Positions 1 through 12,213 of a DNA stretch of 64,000 bases are shown one piece after another; the first letter of the stretch is position 1; every line of letters starts with the position of its first letter. Position numbers and translations under genes: made by a program. The notes under the pieces were generated by a model that saw only the letters and a program-made list of their open reading frames with translations, searched no databases and had not been told where the DNA came from. This stretch comes from Nageia nagi (Eukaryota > Plantae > Pinophyta), in NCBI GenBank assembly GCA_050084985.1, contig JBITNC010000002.1, positions 15,004,001-15,068,000 of the forward strand, in the 5' to 3' direction.

Positions 1-2450
1 AAACCTAAGTCATTGAAAGAACCCTTTGGTAACTTTTTCTTCAATGCAAATCCAAGGAAGATAGGCTCGAATCTGATCACCCTTGGCCTCATAGATTTAT
101 ACTTTTCTTAACTCATATTAAAGAATAGTAGCATGTTATTGAAGAGGAGTGCTCTAGGGATTAGCTTCCAGCTAAAATGAGGCTAAAAAAAACTCCTCTC
201 TGATAGCAAAATTGGTTTTCTTGAGAATGTGAGCAAGTTCAATTCTCAAAACTCTTAAGATAGTGTAATTTCATAGGATAGCATCATTCCACCAATCAAT
301 CCAACCCAAAGGTCTAAGAACCAAATTTTAATCTTGGAGAATATGGGCTATGGTGGTTGAGTGGTGTAAAAAGGCTACATTAAGATAGAATTGAGAATGG
401 AACACTTTGAGAATATACCGGGGGGAGGTAACTTTAAAAATATTATTCATATGATTATATATTGTATTACTAAGGAAAGAGATCTCCAGAGGTGAATCTT
501 GGGTGAGGTTGTGAAAGGAAAATTTGGGATGGTTTTGTGAGCATGTCCCAATCCAACCTCTTCAAAACTCTATTTTTATCCTCCTAGATGTTTGACCAAG
601 TGAACCAGATCGATTCCAAGAAGCTTTGAGGGGTGTGGTAAGAATTGGGATCCACTAATCCATGTTTATTTTTGAGGAAAAACCAAGCATCTGTTTCTCC
701 TGCACACCAACATATGGGAAGTCTCCCAAATTTATCTTCTAGCTTTTTGACTATATTGGAATCTTCACACAAAAGCCAAATAACTGGTAGCATTGAAAAG
801 GCAAGTCAATGCCAAAGAGCACATATGTGAGGTCCTTGATTAAAGGCATAAATTTTGATAATACTAAAAGGTTTCCCATTAAATTCAAATAATGTCCATA
901 TCGCCTAGTTTGAGGGGTCCATGCCCCAAGAGATGAGCATCGAGTTCCATTTTGGTGGTATGAAAGTGATAGCTCCACATTTCCCTTGACAATGATTGGT
1001 AGCATAAAAAAAGTTTCTCGACCATAAAAAGGAACTAGCACATTCAAGGTTAAAATCAGATATTTTAACTTCTTGCAAATAGAGAATATCAATTTTTCCA
1101 TACAAATGATTGACTTTTACAATTTTACTATGAATCAAATAATTTTGGATTAGGTCCATTAGCCCTTTAACATTCCATGACATAAAAATCATTAAGCAGA
1201 GTTGAGGTTCATATCACCTTCGAACTCTTCTTTCTTGCTATATTTTTTGTCCAACTCCTTGTTATCCCCTAACTCCCCAACCATGGTGTAAGGGTTAATT
1301 TGCAAGAAATTTAACATGGTTGGTTCTAGCAAATACACTAAAGGGGTGTTTATCTTAGCACTTGGAGGTTAATCTTCTAGGAGGACTACAGGACCTGCTA
1401 GGTCTTATCAAAGCCTCCTTATAATTGATATCTAAAGCCTAACAAGAACTAGAGATACTAGTAATAAGGTGGGTATAATGGTTGAAGAGGGTGGCTAGGG
1501 TATGGGGGTGGGCTGAGAGGCCATAACCTAGGTGGGGGTCTCAAAAGGTGGAGCAATGGGAGTTGGCCTCAAATTTTATCAAGGGCTAATGATTTTTCTT
1601 ACCCACTATAGTCCATTGATGTGAATCTCCATACCCATTATGGCTAGTGGATTTAGCCATAGGTTGAGCAACTGGAGCAGGAGTCAAGGTAACCATTATA
1701 TTAGGTTCTTGGTTGTGGGGCTTAAACCTACCTTCCATAAGAGGGAAATCTCTAATCTTATGCTCAACTGATTGGCACTGATAACAAGTATTAGGTAGGT
1801 TGATATAGATTAGTTGTTAGGAATAAGAGGACTGGCCAAATTTGAATACAATATGGTCTCTTAAATATTTTTAAAGATCTATATTAACACAAACCCTCCT
1901 ATAGGGGTTCACTCCATAGCATCTCATTTGCTCCACACATAAAATAGTGCCTAAAGGAGAAATAATATTTTCTAGAAATGACCAAAGCAAGACTACGAGG
2001 CCAGGGAGTTCAACCCAAATAGGGACTTCCAACAGAGCTCTCTCATCCATTGAAAAGTCTTGATTCCATGATTGGAAAACCAGGAGAGAATTTCAAATAT
2101 ACCATGGGCCATGATCAAACATTGCCTAGATATGGTCCTCATAAGGAAACCAAAATAAGAAAAAACCTTTGGTAAGGTTTTGTATTCCTTCTATTTCAAT
2201 ACCATAGGCAGTCCAATACTGTTGAACACATCCATAAATAATTATATTCATAGGGATATGACCCAGAAAATACCCGATGAGGGTGTGTTTCTCAAGCCAA
2301 CCACAAGCACTATTTAATTCATCAACATGGATAGTAACATTAGGAATAGAGAGATTACCTCAGAGTAAATCTTTGAGATAAATTTTTGGGGCTCCTTAGG
2401 TCGTGCCAAAAGCTCCAACCTAAGTTGAATTTATTGAGTGCATTATTTCC
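1..2450 (-). mobile_element. Degenerate L1-type LINE: ORF1 remnant (~1250-2450) and start of ORF2 endonuclease (1192 leftwards, runs off the window)
   Basis: Minus strand 1192 reads MIFMSWNVKGL...IDILYLQEVKI, the AP-endonuclease start. Near 1745-1800 it reads NLPNTCYQCQSVEHKIRDFP, a decayed CX2CX4HX4C knuckle of plant LINE ORF1. Many stops and frameshifts. Confidence 0.85.
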
Positions 2451-3499
2451 ATATTAAAAATTGTACCAATTCCCCTCAAAATACTATTACTACTGGTGAT
2501 GTGGCACATAGAGCCCGAGAAATGAGCTTTCATACACACTATCCAAGGTGATGTGACACCTTAAGCAAATCATTCAGCTCATGCAAGATCAAAGCATAGA
2601 AAAGCGAATCCCTCGTGTATGGATATTTTCAATGTGGATTCTAATATATCAAATTCTATTTTCTAGCTAGCTACATAGAATAAATTAATTTAATTATGAT
2701 AATTTTAATAAAATTTATTCTAATTTCAAGATAAATTCAACTAATTTATGCTCTTCTTTTATTTATTTTTAAGGTATAAAAGGATATAGCAAGAGCATAT
2801 CAAGGATGGAGAAGGATTTTTTTGGGAAAAAGATGAATAAAGATGATATAATCTTTATGGTAAAATTTTGAACTTATCATAGAGTCAAATTAGAGAATGT
2901 TAAGTCACAAAGATTATTTTAATCTTTATCAATTCCTAATAAGAAATGGATGAAAATTTCAATGCACTTTATAGAGGGACTAGCTAATTAAGTGAAAAAG
3001 TTAATAATTCTAGTATTTATAGACATGATATAAAACTATACTAATGTTTATCCTTTAGATCATCCATACACCACTTATATAATAACTCAAATACTTTTAG
3101 TATTTTATCTCTATAGGATGCTTAAATCTATTATCAATTACCATGACCTTATATTTATAAGAAAAGTTTGGACCAAATTATTCAAGTTGTAAGGGACTTA
3201 TTGATAAATGAGCTCTTCTTATTACCCAAGAAAAATAGAAAGAACAAAATAGTGAATAAATATTTTAATTTAATATTTTCATAATGCTTCCTAGTTAATC
3301 ACTTAATTTAATCTATTAGGTGGTTACTTATCATTATTATGCAATAAAAATATCTCCATACAAAGTACTTTATGGTTAACCAACAATATCTTCATACATA
3401 GGTAAGACCTCTAGTATACTAGCAATGAAAAATATGATTACCTAGCAATATTAAATACTTGATAGTATATCAAAAAAAAAAATGAAGCAACATATTAAT

Positions 3500-3960
3500 C
3501 AAAAGTGATTTGAACATATTTGATGTGGAAGATATGGTATTCATAATACTACAACCAAAAAAGCAAATATTATTGGAGATCTAATAAAAATATAAGTTAG
3601 AATTGAAATATTATACACCTTACAAGATTCTTTAACGAGTTGGAGTAGTTTCTTGTAAATTGCAAAAATTCTAACTTCTTCAAAAGTTCATGCATTTTTT
3701 CATATCTCCTACCTAAAAAATTGTATTTTGATAGAATATATAGGTGTAAATTTTTCTCCTGGAACTTACAAAAAAAAAGGCTTGATCAAGTTTGAATTGA
3801 AAGCAATCTTAAACCAACATTCATTTTTGTTACAAAATCAAACCATTGTAAAAGTACTTATGAAATGGAAGGTCTTATCAATTGAAGATGTAATGTGGAA
3901 GCTCCTACATCATCTTAAGGACTCACTTTAGGGATAAATATTTTTGAAGGGAGAATGTTA
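3500..3960 (+). mobile_element. Ty3/Gypsy (chromovirus-type) integrase C-terminus and chromodomain remnant, with PPT and start of the 3' LTR
   Basis: Reads DVEDMVFIILQP..KYYTPYKIL*RVGVVSCKL, then LKAILNQ..NQTIVKVLMKWKVLSIEDVMW (chromodomain-like). Followed by purine tract GAAGGGAGAA and TGTTAG at 3956. Confidence 0.75.
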
Positions 3961-4721
3961 GGGAACTTCCTTAATGTTATCAACTAATTATAATTTTCAT
4001 AATTAATTCATTTTATTATAAGAGCATAATATGAAGATTTATAGTTTGGGTCCATTGAGTATCCAATCCTAGCTTCTAGGTTAAAATACTTATAAATATA
4101 ATATCTTGAGCATTATAATATTTTATCCTTAATCAAAAGTAATACAATAATTATGTGTTTAAAGGTTACCTCCTTAAAGTAGTTTATAATACTTATTATT
4201 GTGAATGCAAAGTAGCTATTTATTTCCATTATGTTCTTTTAGTTCTATTAATTACAAATATGATAATGGATTGTTTCCATAATTGCAACAATATTTTTTC
4301 TATTTATAATATTTGGAATTACAAAAATATTACACATAACATGAACTATATAGTTTGAAGGCTCTCATTTATCTACAAAAATAGGTAAATATGCAAATTT
4401 TACAACAAATCACAAACTATCAAATATGATCCAAATTTGATAACTCCAATTATTATGTGCTTCTTTAATATCTAATCTTACATACACAATTTAACTAATG
4501 AGCTCCCTAGAAAATCATGTATACACAAGAAAGAAATGATTATATGTAAAAATAAAAAATTAATATAAATAATAAAATTTTAAATGTTTTAAAACAACAA
4601 TTTTTTATTTAAAAAATATTAATATCAATCCATATAAAATTAAATAATAACTATAATGCATTTTCTTATAAAAATTACATTGATTTTTTTACATGAATTA
4701 ATCAAACATATGAATATAACT

Positions 4722-6457
4722 ATGTTGGGGAAATTGATCTAGAGGATTTATTCTAATCCATCAACACTTTGGAGTAAAATATTATGATCTAAATACATAG
4801 AAAATGACTCTTGTAAGAGAATCTTCTCTACCTCTGATATGCCATGGGATCCCCAATATGGAATGGGATTAGTAAAACTAGAACATGCATCCTCCCATTC
4901 CTCAAATGATCTATTAGATCAAGTTCCAAAGTTGAGTTTTGACAAGATGCTTCGCTAACTCCTCTATCTCTTAGAGTCATATTTCCTTTTCCAAATGTTG
5001 AGAAAAACTCCTCAAAAACCAATGGGGTGACACAATGAGTCAATATTACTAATGGATGGAAATTAGAGGGAATTAATATAAGGTTTAGCAAAATTCTAAT
5101 AATTTACCCTTCAAGCTTGAACATGAACATAGGTCCCTCATGAATCTATTTCAAGGATACATTATCAAGGATGAAGATGGTGATGACATGCTCACATGGT
5201 CTCTCACTATCAATCGAGAATACTCTGTAAAATTGGTGTTCAAATCATTCACTATATGAGAACAGGGAAACACCTCTCCTCACATTTAGAAGAAGGTATT
5301 TCATACCAAGATGTGGCATAAGGGTAATTTTTTTCTATGGGATAAAACTCATGACAAGTTTCTACATGGAAAATAACTTATGAGGCATGGATGGCTTGGT
5401 CCCTTATGGTGTTTCCTATGTAATAATTTGCATCTAAAGATGATCTGAGTCATTTTTTTCTCCATTTTCATTTTTCTAATGAATTATAGAAACATATTCT
5501 ATCATACTTTGGCTCCCAACAAATATTTCCTCTTTGTTTGAAAGATATTCTCCTTGAATAGTAATGCCCATCCCTAAGTACACTTTTTACGCTCTTATGG
5601 TCAATCGCATAAGCCATGCTCACTTACAGTATTTGGATGGAGAGAAATTAGCGCTTCTTCAAGCTGGGTATCAACTCTATGATTTATCATATATGGAACG
5701 AGTTTGATAGACAACTCTCTCATGTTTGATGCCTATTTATCCATCCATTCCTTGACCAATTTTGATGTAGATGCTATAAAAGATTAGGACATCATCCATA
5801 AGGCTTGGCAGGACTTTCCCTTAACACATTCAATCTAATGACTTGGCATTGGTCCAATGTCGAGAGGGAAGAAGTAATGGAGAATAGAATGCAATATCTA
5901 TGTATCTCCTTCGATCTTTACATGCTTTATCATGCTCCCTCTTCCATGCCATGATTGCAGCTCCTTGTTGAAATACCTTAGGGAGAAGAGACTTAGGGAC
6001 TTGCTCTTGCATGCTTGGCCAATTCTCAATGCTAAGCATTAGAGGCATGTTGCTACCTCTAGGAGGAATTTTGTCTGGTGAATCATCTTATGGACATTTA
6101 TAAGGGCATGACGAATTGCCTTATGGTCAATTTCAAGGGATTGGATATCTTTTTTCAATGAATCATATTGTGGCGAATCATCTTAAGGCGAATTATACAA
6201 TGGTGAGTCATAATGTGGTAAATTATTTTGTGATGAATTAGATTTGGTTAATCTTATTGTGGCGAACCATATTACATATGATTTATAATGTAGCAAACTA
6301 TTTTGTAGTAAATCATATTATGGTATACCATCTTAGGGTGGCAGTGGCTTTCTATTATCATGATTGTAACATTGCATAATATTAGGATATCTTAGTAACT
6401 CATCTTTGTAACATGTTATTTTAGTTAATTTAAAGTTTTTTATCTTTAAAAAATAAA
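4722..6457 (+). mobile_element. 5'-truncated LINE, ORF2 C-terminal region (post-RT, zf-RVT-like) and probable 3' end
   Basis: Reads KLI*RIYSNPSTLWSKIL*SKYIENDSCKRIF..PWGSPIWNGISKTR. Clearly homologous, in inverted orientation, to 22150-23230. A-rich end near 6450; 3' boundary uncertain. Confidence 0.75.
6157..6337. repeat. Degenerate 15-bp tandem array, about 12 copies, consensus ~GGCGAATCATATTGT
   Basis: Successive units: aatgaatcatattgt / ggcgaatcatcttaa / ggcgaattatacaat / ggtgagtcataatgt / ggtaaattattttgt ... agtaaatcatattat / ggtataccatcttag. Confidence 0.8.
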
Positions 6458-7833
6458 TTATAAACATTTTATACAATTAATATATATTTTTAAAGTTGCA
6501 AAAGATTAACTATACATTACAAAATTCAAATAGTTTCAATATTATATTAATTTTATAGTAAAATACTTTAAGATGAAGTACTATTCAAGATAAAAGAAAA
6601 TATGCATTCCATAGCAAGATGGCCTATATTTTCTATGGAGGCGTGAGTTAGCCTCCAACTTTGTATGAAAAGGTTATTCTTTTAGTATAAATGTTATTTT
6701 TTGTTTAAAAAAAAATCATTAAAAGAAATACAAAATAAAATGATTTGGCATCTTCAATATATAAATATTCATATTAAAATTTAATTTTACAAGTTATATA
6801 TGGGCCAAATTTCTAAGGCGATCATGATTTATCAAGTAGTAAGTTTATTATTAAAAGAAATTAATTGATATAAATTGACGACTAGGGGAGTTGGAGAGGT
6901 GGGTAGTTCAAATCTCTAGGATACGGGAGGTCCAACAAAAAAAATAAATAAATTGACATGTGCTTTGAGAAATAGAAGTTTATTTTTGGTTGAATGATAA
7001 TTAAATTTTATAAAAAAAATAATTAATTATTTTTTGTATTTTTTATTTATAAAAAGTTAGGTGCACAATAAATATGATTTAATGTTGGATGATAATATTT
7101 AGATTTTATTGTAGATACATTTTAGTTGTTTCTAAATAATGCTATGACCATGGAATATATCATATTTGAGGTAAGATTTAGATTGAAAACTTTTACATCA
7201 GTTGAGAATTTTCATACTCAATATTACATGCTATATAATAGCCTACTACAGTTATCTTTCCTATAAATCACTTTCACTTGATCTCCCTCGACATTAACAT
7301 ACTATACTTTTACCTTTACTCAACACACTTAATATTTTTATGATAAACTATAATTATTTTAAATTTATGATGGTTACTTTGAAATTATATTGAAGTATGT
7401 TATATCCATCCACATTTTTTGTTTATAACAATTTTATATTAAAAAAATTCAAACTATGAAATACATAATAAACTAGTTTGAGGCTCGAACATAGCAAAAT
7501 AGAAAAAAACCATAATGCTATTGTGCACAGCATGTGAATCCAATGACGTTGACCTTGGTGACGTTTGATCGAACCCTGGAAACCTATCTACAAGCTGGAA
7601 AAAGAAAATTTGGTTCCATACAAACATATAAAATCATAAACGCCATGACTCATAGATAATACATTTATTCTCTTCTTAAGCTCTGTTTCATTTTTCTCTG
7701 AACAGAGGCAACATTTTTCTTTTATTCTCCACAGCTCATTTACATTCACGATTTGTGTGACTGCCTTTGACTGCAGTTGCATGTATTTTTTTTTTGGTAA
7801 GTATTAAGATTTAGTATGAACCTATGAGCTTTA

Positions 7834-8352
7834 CTATGAATTACTGAACGATGCTAATGGACCAGAAGACACAGTCGTTGAAGCAGAAGAGAGGGATAGA
7901 GAAGAAACATCAGTTGGAGGAGGAAGAAGAGGATATTCTCTCGTCACACGAACATAGCATACGATTGTCATCACAACTGTACTTGCCAGACCTCCGATAA
8001 TAATGCCGCCCACTACAGCAGATTCTATCTTCATTCTATTACGCCGTTTTGCTTCTTTTCTTTCAGTAATTTCGTCTTCCCTTTCGTGAACCACCGCATT
8101 CCTCTTCCCAGACTCCTGTGCAGATTTTACGTCAATAACATGGCCAATAAGCACAGCATTGGAATATGGTCCGGCTGCAGAAGCCCCAAGCAGCAACCGA
8201 CGTCTCATGATATCAGGAATACTTTGACATGGCCCAGAAGAAGAAGAAGAAGAAGAAGTTGTACAGCACGGAGAAGCAGTGATCTGAAACATGAGCAAGA
8301 GGAATGTTGTACACCACCATCCCAAATTCTTCCATCTCCACGCTTGCTCCAT
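7834..8352 (-). CDS. Uncharacterised type-I membrane protein, copy A (172 aa from MEQAW; signal peptide, RRRLL motif, TM helix ending CYVRVTR, Ser-rich tail)
   Basis: Intact ORF that retains CpG. Hydrophobic N-terminus WWCTTFLLLMFQITA. TM segment AVVGGIIIGGLASTVVMTIVCYVRVTR resembles the GGxIIGGL...CYIRVTR signature I recall from uncharacterised angiosperm membrane proteins. Paralog at 41576-42070. The open frame extends to 8634, but the ATG shared by all three copies is at 8352. Confidence 0.75.
   Translation of the reverse strand: MEQAWRWKNLGWWCTTFLLLMFQITASPCCTTSSSSSSSGPCQSIPDIMRRRLLLGASAAGPYSNAVLIGHVIDVKSAQESGKRNAVVHEREDEITERKEAKRRNRMKIESAVVGGIIIGGLASTVVMTIVCYVRVTREYPLLPPPTDVSSLSLSSASTTVSSGPLASFSNS
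8236..8256 (-). repeat. (TCT)7 microsatellite encoding poly-Ser in copy A
   Basis: Seven Ser codons here against four in copy B, an in-frame 9-bp difference. Confidence 0.9.
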
Positions 8353-8869
8353 TGTCTTTAGTATGTTCTTGGAATCTATGTTGCTCACGAAGTCTATGTC
8401 TTGGATGGGAGTGACACCTGATATTAAAGCTTTACCACCGTCATGATTCCAAACCTGCACCAGTTCGTTCGATTTGTAGACATTTGACAGCTTGGGCTGT
8501 TGTTTCATTAATATAACTTCAGGAGACCGTTCAGAATCCTTGTGAAATTGAGAATTCTTATATGGCTTTGTGTACGCTTGTAGCTCTACAACTTTCCATG
8601 TAATCTTCCTAGCAACGACGGAAGTCATTATCATATAATGTTAAAGGGGGCATCTCTGCAACATATCGGGAGGTGGATGCATGTGCAATGGGGAAAGGAG
8701 CTCGAAAGATATGGGTATTAAATTCGGGAAATAAGTTGGCCTCATCTGAGAGGAGAGACAAGAAACAGTAGAAAATTTTAAAGATGGACATGATGGTTGC
8801 TGGCTTCTTACCTCTGCTCTATTGATGTCGTCTGAATTGATGTGGAATCTCCGACATTAGTTCTGAGTG

Positions 8870-8935
8870 GTGGGATTGTGGGGTGTGTAAATGGGGTTAT
8901 AAAATGAGTTGAATGGTGGATGCCAACCATTGTTT
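8870..8935 (-). promoter_or_regulatory. Putative core promoter (TATA-like TTTTATAACCCC) of copy A
   Basis: TGGTTGGCATCCACCATTCAACTCATTTTATAACCCCATTT is identical upstream of copies A and B (40993-41033), while the flanks diverge. Confidence 0.45.
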
Positions 8936-9439
8936 TTCTCCCTTCTCGATATCTAGAATGCTTAATAGCGTTTCCACACTACTCTCAACTGACACTACTC
9001 AACTCTGGAATGGTTAAAATTTAAAATATTGTGAGAGGCAAGAAGAGTTGCTGTCACCTGACTTGGGTGATCAAAATATTATAGAAAATTTGCAATTACA
9101 GTATTGTCTTTTCATTAAAGGTTGTGATTTAAGTTTTCAAAAGAAAAAATAATGGAAAGGAATTGATTATTATTTTTTTTTTAATTTAAAATTATGTTTT
9201 AGATTAGTGCCATGTACATATTAAATATGGTCTCATGATTTTATTAGGTTTGATATTTTGTGTGTAAAAATGTTATGGAAAAAATTTATTAGACAAAATT
9301 ATTAATACAAGAAATATTAAATGAAATTTACAAAGTAAATAGGTTTTATTCATGGGTATTATATTTTTAAAAGAAAATATAAATTATATTTTTATTATTT
9401 GAAAAGATATGGAACGGGTGCAAAAATTATTTCAACCTA

Positions 9440-9650
9440 TAGTGCTTTTTGAGATGGATTTCAAGAAGGCATGTGACGATATTGAATAACATTTTATTTT
9501 ACAAATTCTTCAAGCCCTTGGTTTCAACCCTTCTTTTATTTCATCTATTAAGATGCTCTTTGTGAATGCCCTCAACTTGCCTCATAATATATGTAAATCA
9601 ATTAACTAGATTTTCCATGCACACTAATCTATTCACCAAGGTTAGCTCTA
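9440..9650 (+). mobile_element. LINE reverse-transcriptase fragment
   Basis: Reads MDFKKACDDIE*HFILQILQALGFNPSFISSIKMLFVNA...SIHQG, decayed versions of the DFEKAYD and SIRQGCPL RT motifs. Confidence 0.7.
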
Positions 9651-12051
9651 TGTTGAAATATGATGTTGACCATGTCGCATTGCCTAGTCAACAAAATGAA
9701 TTTATGCCTCATTTTGTAATTGTAGAATAACGAATATGTAACTCTAGGAATATTTTAGTTTGTACTAGTTGTGAACTATTATTATACATGTAACAGATTT
9801 AGAATCTTTGTATTAGGGTAGAATAGAGTAAAAACATCTAATTGTAACATTTTTGTAATGAATTGGCATAGAATGCAATAGAGAAATTTATTTCTCAAGC
9901 TGGTGTTTGCGATTTTCGTGGGTGCAATGTAGATTTTCTATAAGAAAATCTATGATCTTTTAGGGTCTATAACTTTTGTAACAAAAATATTTTTTTATGG
10001 GTAATGGGTCATTGTAAAGATAGTTTCAATAAATTTCTAATGATATATAATATACCATACTTATTTTGAAAATCACCCACTTATGAACCATTTTTCATCA
10101 AATTATCATTCTTTCATTTCCAAAATTGTATATGATAAGGTTTAGTATCATAAAAAAATCATAAGATTTCTATTGATCCATTTGAAAATCTTTATATACA
10201 ATAAGAAAGATCATTTCAAGATTTTTCCAATGGTATATAACACTCTATAGTTTCATTGAGGATTTCCATAATGACATCACATTCTTTGTAACGTATTTGT
10301 ATTGTAAACTTGTTGTGAACATGCCATAGATAGTGTCTCGATGTCATAAAATTTGCTAGAAAATTATAGATCTTTTTATCAATTTCCATACATCATTAGA
10401 AATATCTTTCTAACAATATATAACACTCCATAGTTTGTCTTGATTTTGCCATCTTGTTCACTATAAATTTGCCATATTATAAACTACCAGTTTGGTGATT
10501 TTCTTTTATTTGGTGACTTTGGTTTGTTATTGGTGATTTTATTTCGCTATTGGAAATTTTATTCTTTATTTAGTATTATAACCTTATTAGGTTGGAGCGT
10601 TAGAGCCACATATAGGGAAAATTTTAGACCCCTCATAAAAATTGACTTTTAATATGAGGGCAATTAATCTCGAAACCTGTTTGAAAATGGGGCCATCAAT
10701 TTTGAATCATGTTATAGTTACTAGAAAAATGATGAAAATATAAATATAAGGCGAATAATTATTCAAATACTTAATTGATGTATTTTTTTGGTCTGAAAAA
10801 GATTTGATATATCTTACAAACCTTTAAAAGGATAATTAAAATACTTATCTATTTATATATATCTAATAAAAAAGTTTAAAAATAAAAAATTACATAAGAT
10901 CACCATCTAATTATTCATAAAACATAACTTAAACCTTAATTTACACTTTCAATTATAAGCAATATTATTTTAATGAATGTTAAAAATAATATTTAAATTG
11001 AAAAGAATGAAATAATTATGGGGTTTCTATTTCAATGAGTGTGAGAAGTAATATAAGTTGAAAAGACTAAAATAATTATGAGGTGACTGGAGTTTTAAAC
11101 AACAATAATCTTCCAATAAGCAACAAAGAGAGGTTATCTTAAAAGATTTTAATATGTATAAGATTCGGTTGATAAAGCCTCCACTTCTCCTCCATGCACA
11201 ACTTCAAACTCACGAGACTTCAACTCGTTAAGAAAGAGGAGCATCTACACTTTGCGAATGAATCACTTTGGTCTTCGTTAAATCACTTTATTGACTAGTC
11301 GTCGAAGTAGAATTTGTGGTCGTAGCTATGTTGAGTTTGCCGGATATATCATTACTTTGAAAATATGTGTGACTGTCTCTCTACATTTTAAATAGGAACA
11401 TGGATTCAATATGACATTCTTTTGATATACCTATGATTCCATCTAGGCCGCTACTTAACATATGAACTTTCATTACTCTGTCGTTACTTTGAAGTAAATA
11501 TTTGTGGATCCACTGAAGCTTAGCAATTTTATGAAGGATGATTACATGATTAGCATATATCTTTCACTGAAAATATCTTGAACAATATGTTGTAGCACAG
11601 AAAGGAGAGTAGTTTCGAAGGCAAGAATATCTACTCTTACAATGCCTTCATTACGACTGCCAATTCCTTTGCAGGCTTTGGAACCACAAGCTATCTCACC
11701 ACAAGGAGAAAAAGAGGTTGTCGCTTTCTTAGACCAAAAATCTCATGAAACCACTGATAATTCCATTATGCCCTTATCAGTTCTCAACGCTCAACTAGCA
11801 TCATCAAAATGCATTTATTTTTGTTCAAAATGCGTCCACCTCCAATCACAATGCATTCAATGGATATTCTTTCAACTCTCCTTCTCCATTGGAGTTGAGG
11901 CATTTAGGATCAAACTACTCTTGGCGTGTCGGCAAAAAACCAATTGGCATGGCATGACATCGAGTTTCCTTTGGCATATCATTAATTCCTTGGTGTATCA
12001 CCAAGATCCCAACTCATTCAACGAATCCTTGGCTCATTATCTGATGTATCA

Positions 12052-12213
12052 TCAATTCCTTGGTGAAAGGTCAATGACAGGGAGGTTGACTTCAAGACCA
12101 ATATCAATGGAAGTTTGTTGCTGCAAGAACGACATGGTGAAGGATCTTTTGTAGGTAGCTGACGGTGAAAAGATACACAAAATAGAAGAAAGTATCACAA
12201 GAATACCCCACAT
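12052..12213 (-). other. 53-aa small ORF with signal-peptide-like N-terminus (below the ORF-track cutoff)
   Basis: MWGILVILSSILCIFSPSATYKRSFTMSFLQQQTSIDIGLEVNLPVIDLSPRN*. Lies in a non-TE-like, CpG-retaining patch, preceded by a T-rich tract ending in TATTAG near 12249 (possible acceptor). Confidence 0.3.

Noticed and set aside
7540-7566. TGACG pair with a W-box (as-1-like)
   Set aside because: Spacing is non-canonical and it lies 3' of copy A; short motifs are expected by chance.
8353-8634. 94-aa N-terminal extension of copy A in the ORF track
   Set aside because: Not open or not ATG-initiated in B and C. It would bury the signal peptide, and A/B differences there are mostly non-synonymous. 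Treated as leader.
8609-8791. 60-aa ORF MSIFKIF...YDNDFRRC as a conserved uORF
   Set aside because: The C-terminal half is echoed in B (YDIDFHRC*), but B lacks the ATG and has a frameshift. The similarity is explained by duplication.
9651-10580. Possible solo LTR starting TGTTG with three internal ~45-bp repeats
   Set aside because: Probably TE-derived, but I could not define a 3' end or TSD.
11960-12090. LPVIDLS suggesting a 2-oxoglutarate dioxygenase N-terminus
   Set aside because: Only a 7-residue match followed by a stop. No convincing WGFFQxxNHG or HxD motifs, and it is preceded by a signal-like sequence atypical of that family.
11642-12154. 170-aa plus-strand ORF
   Set aside because: No recognisable domain and no supporting signals, so it cannot be supported as a gene.
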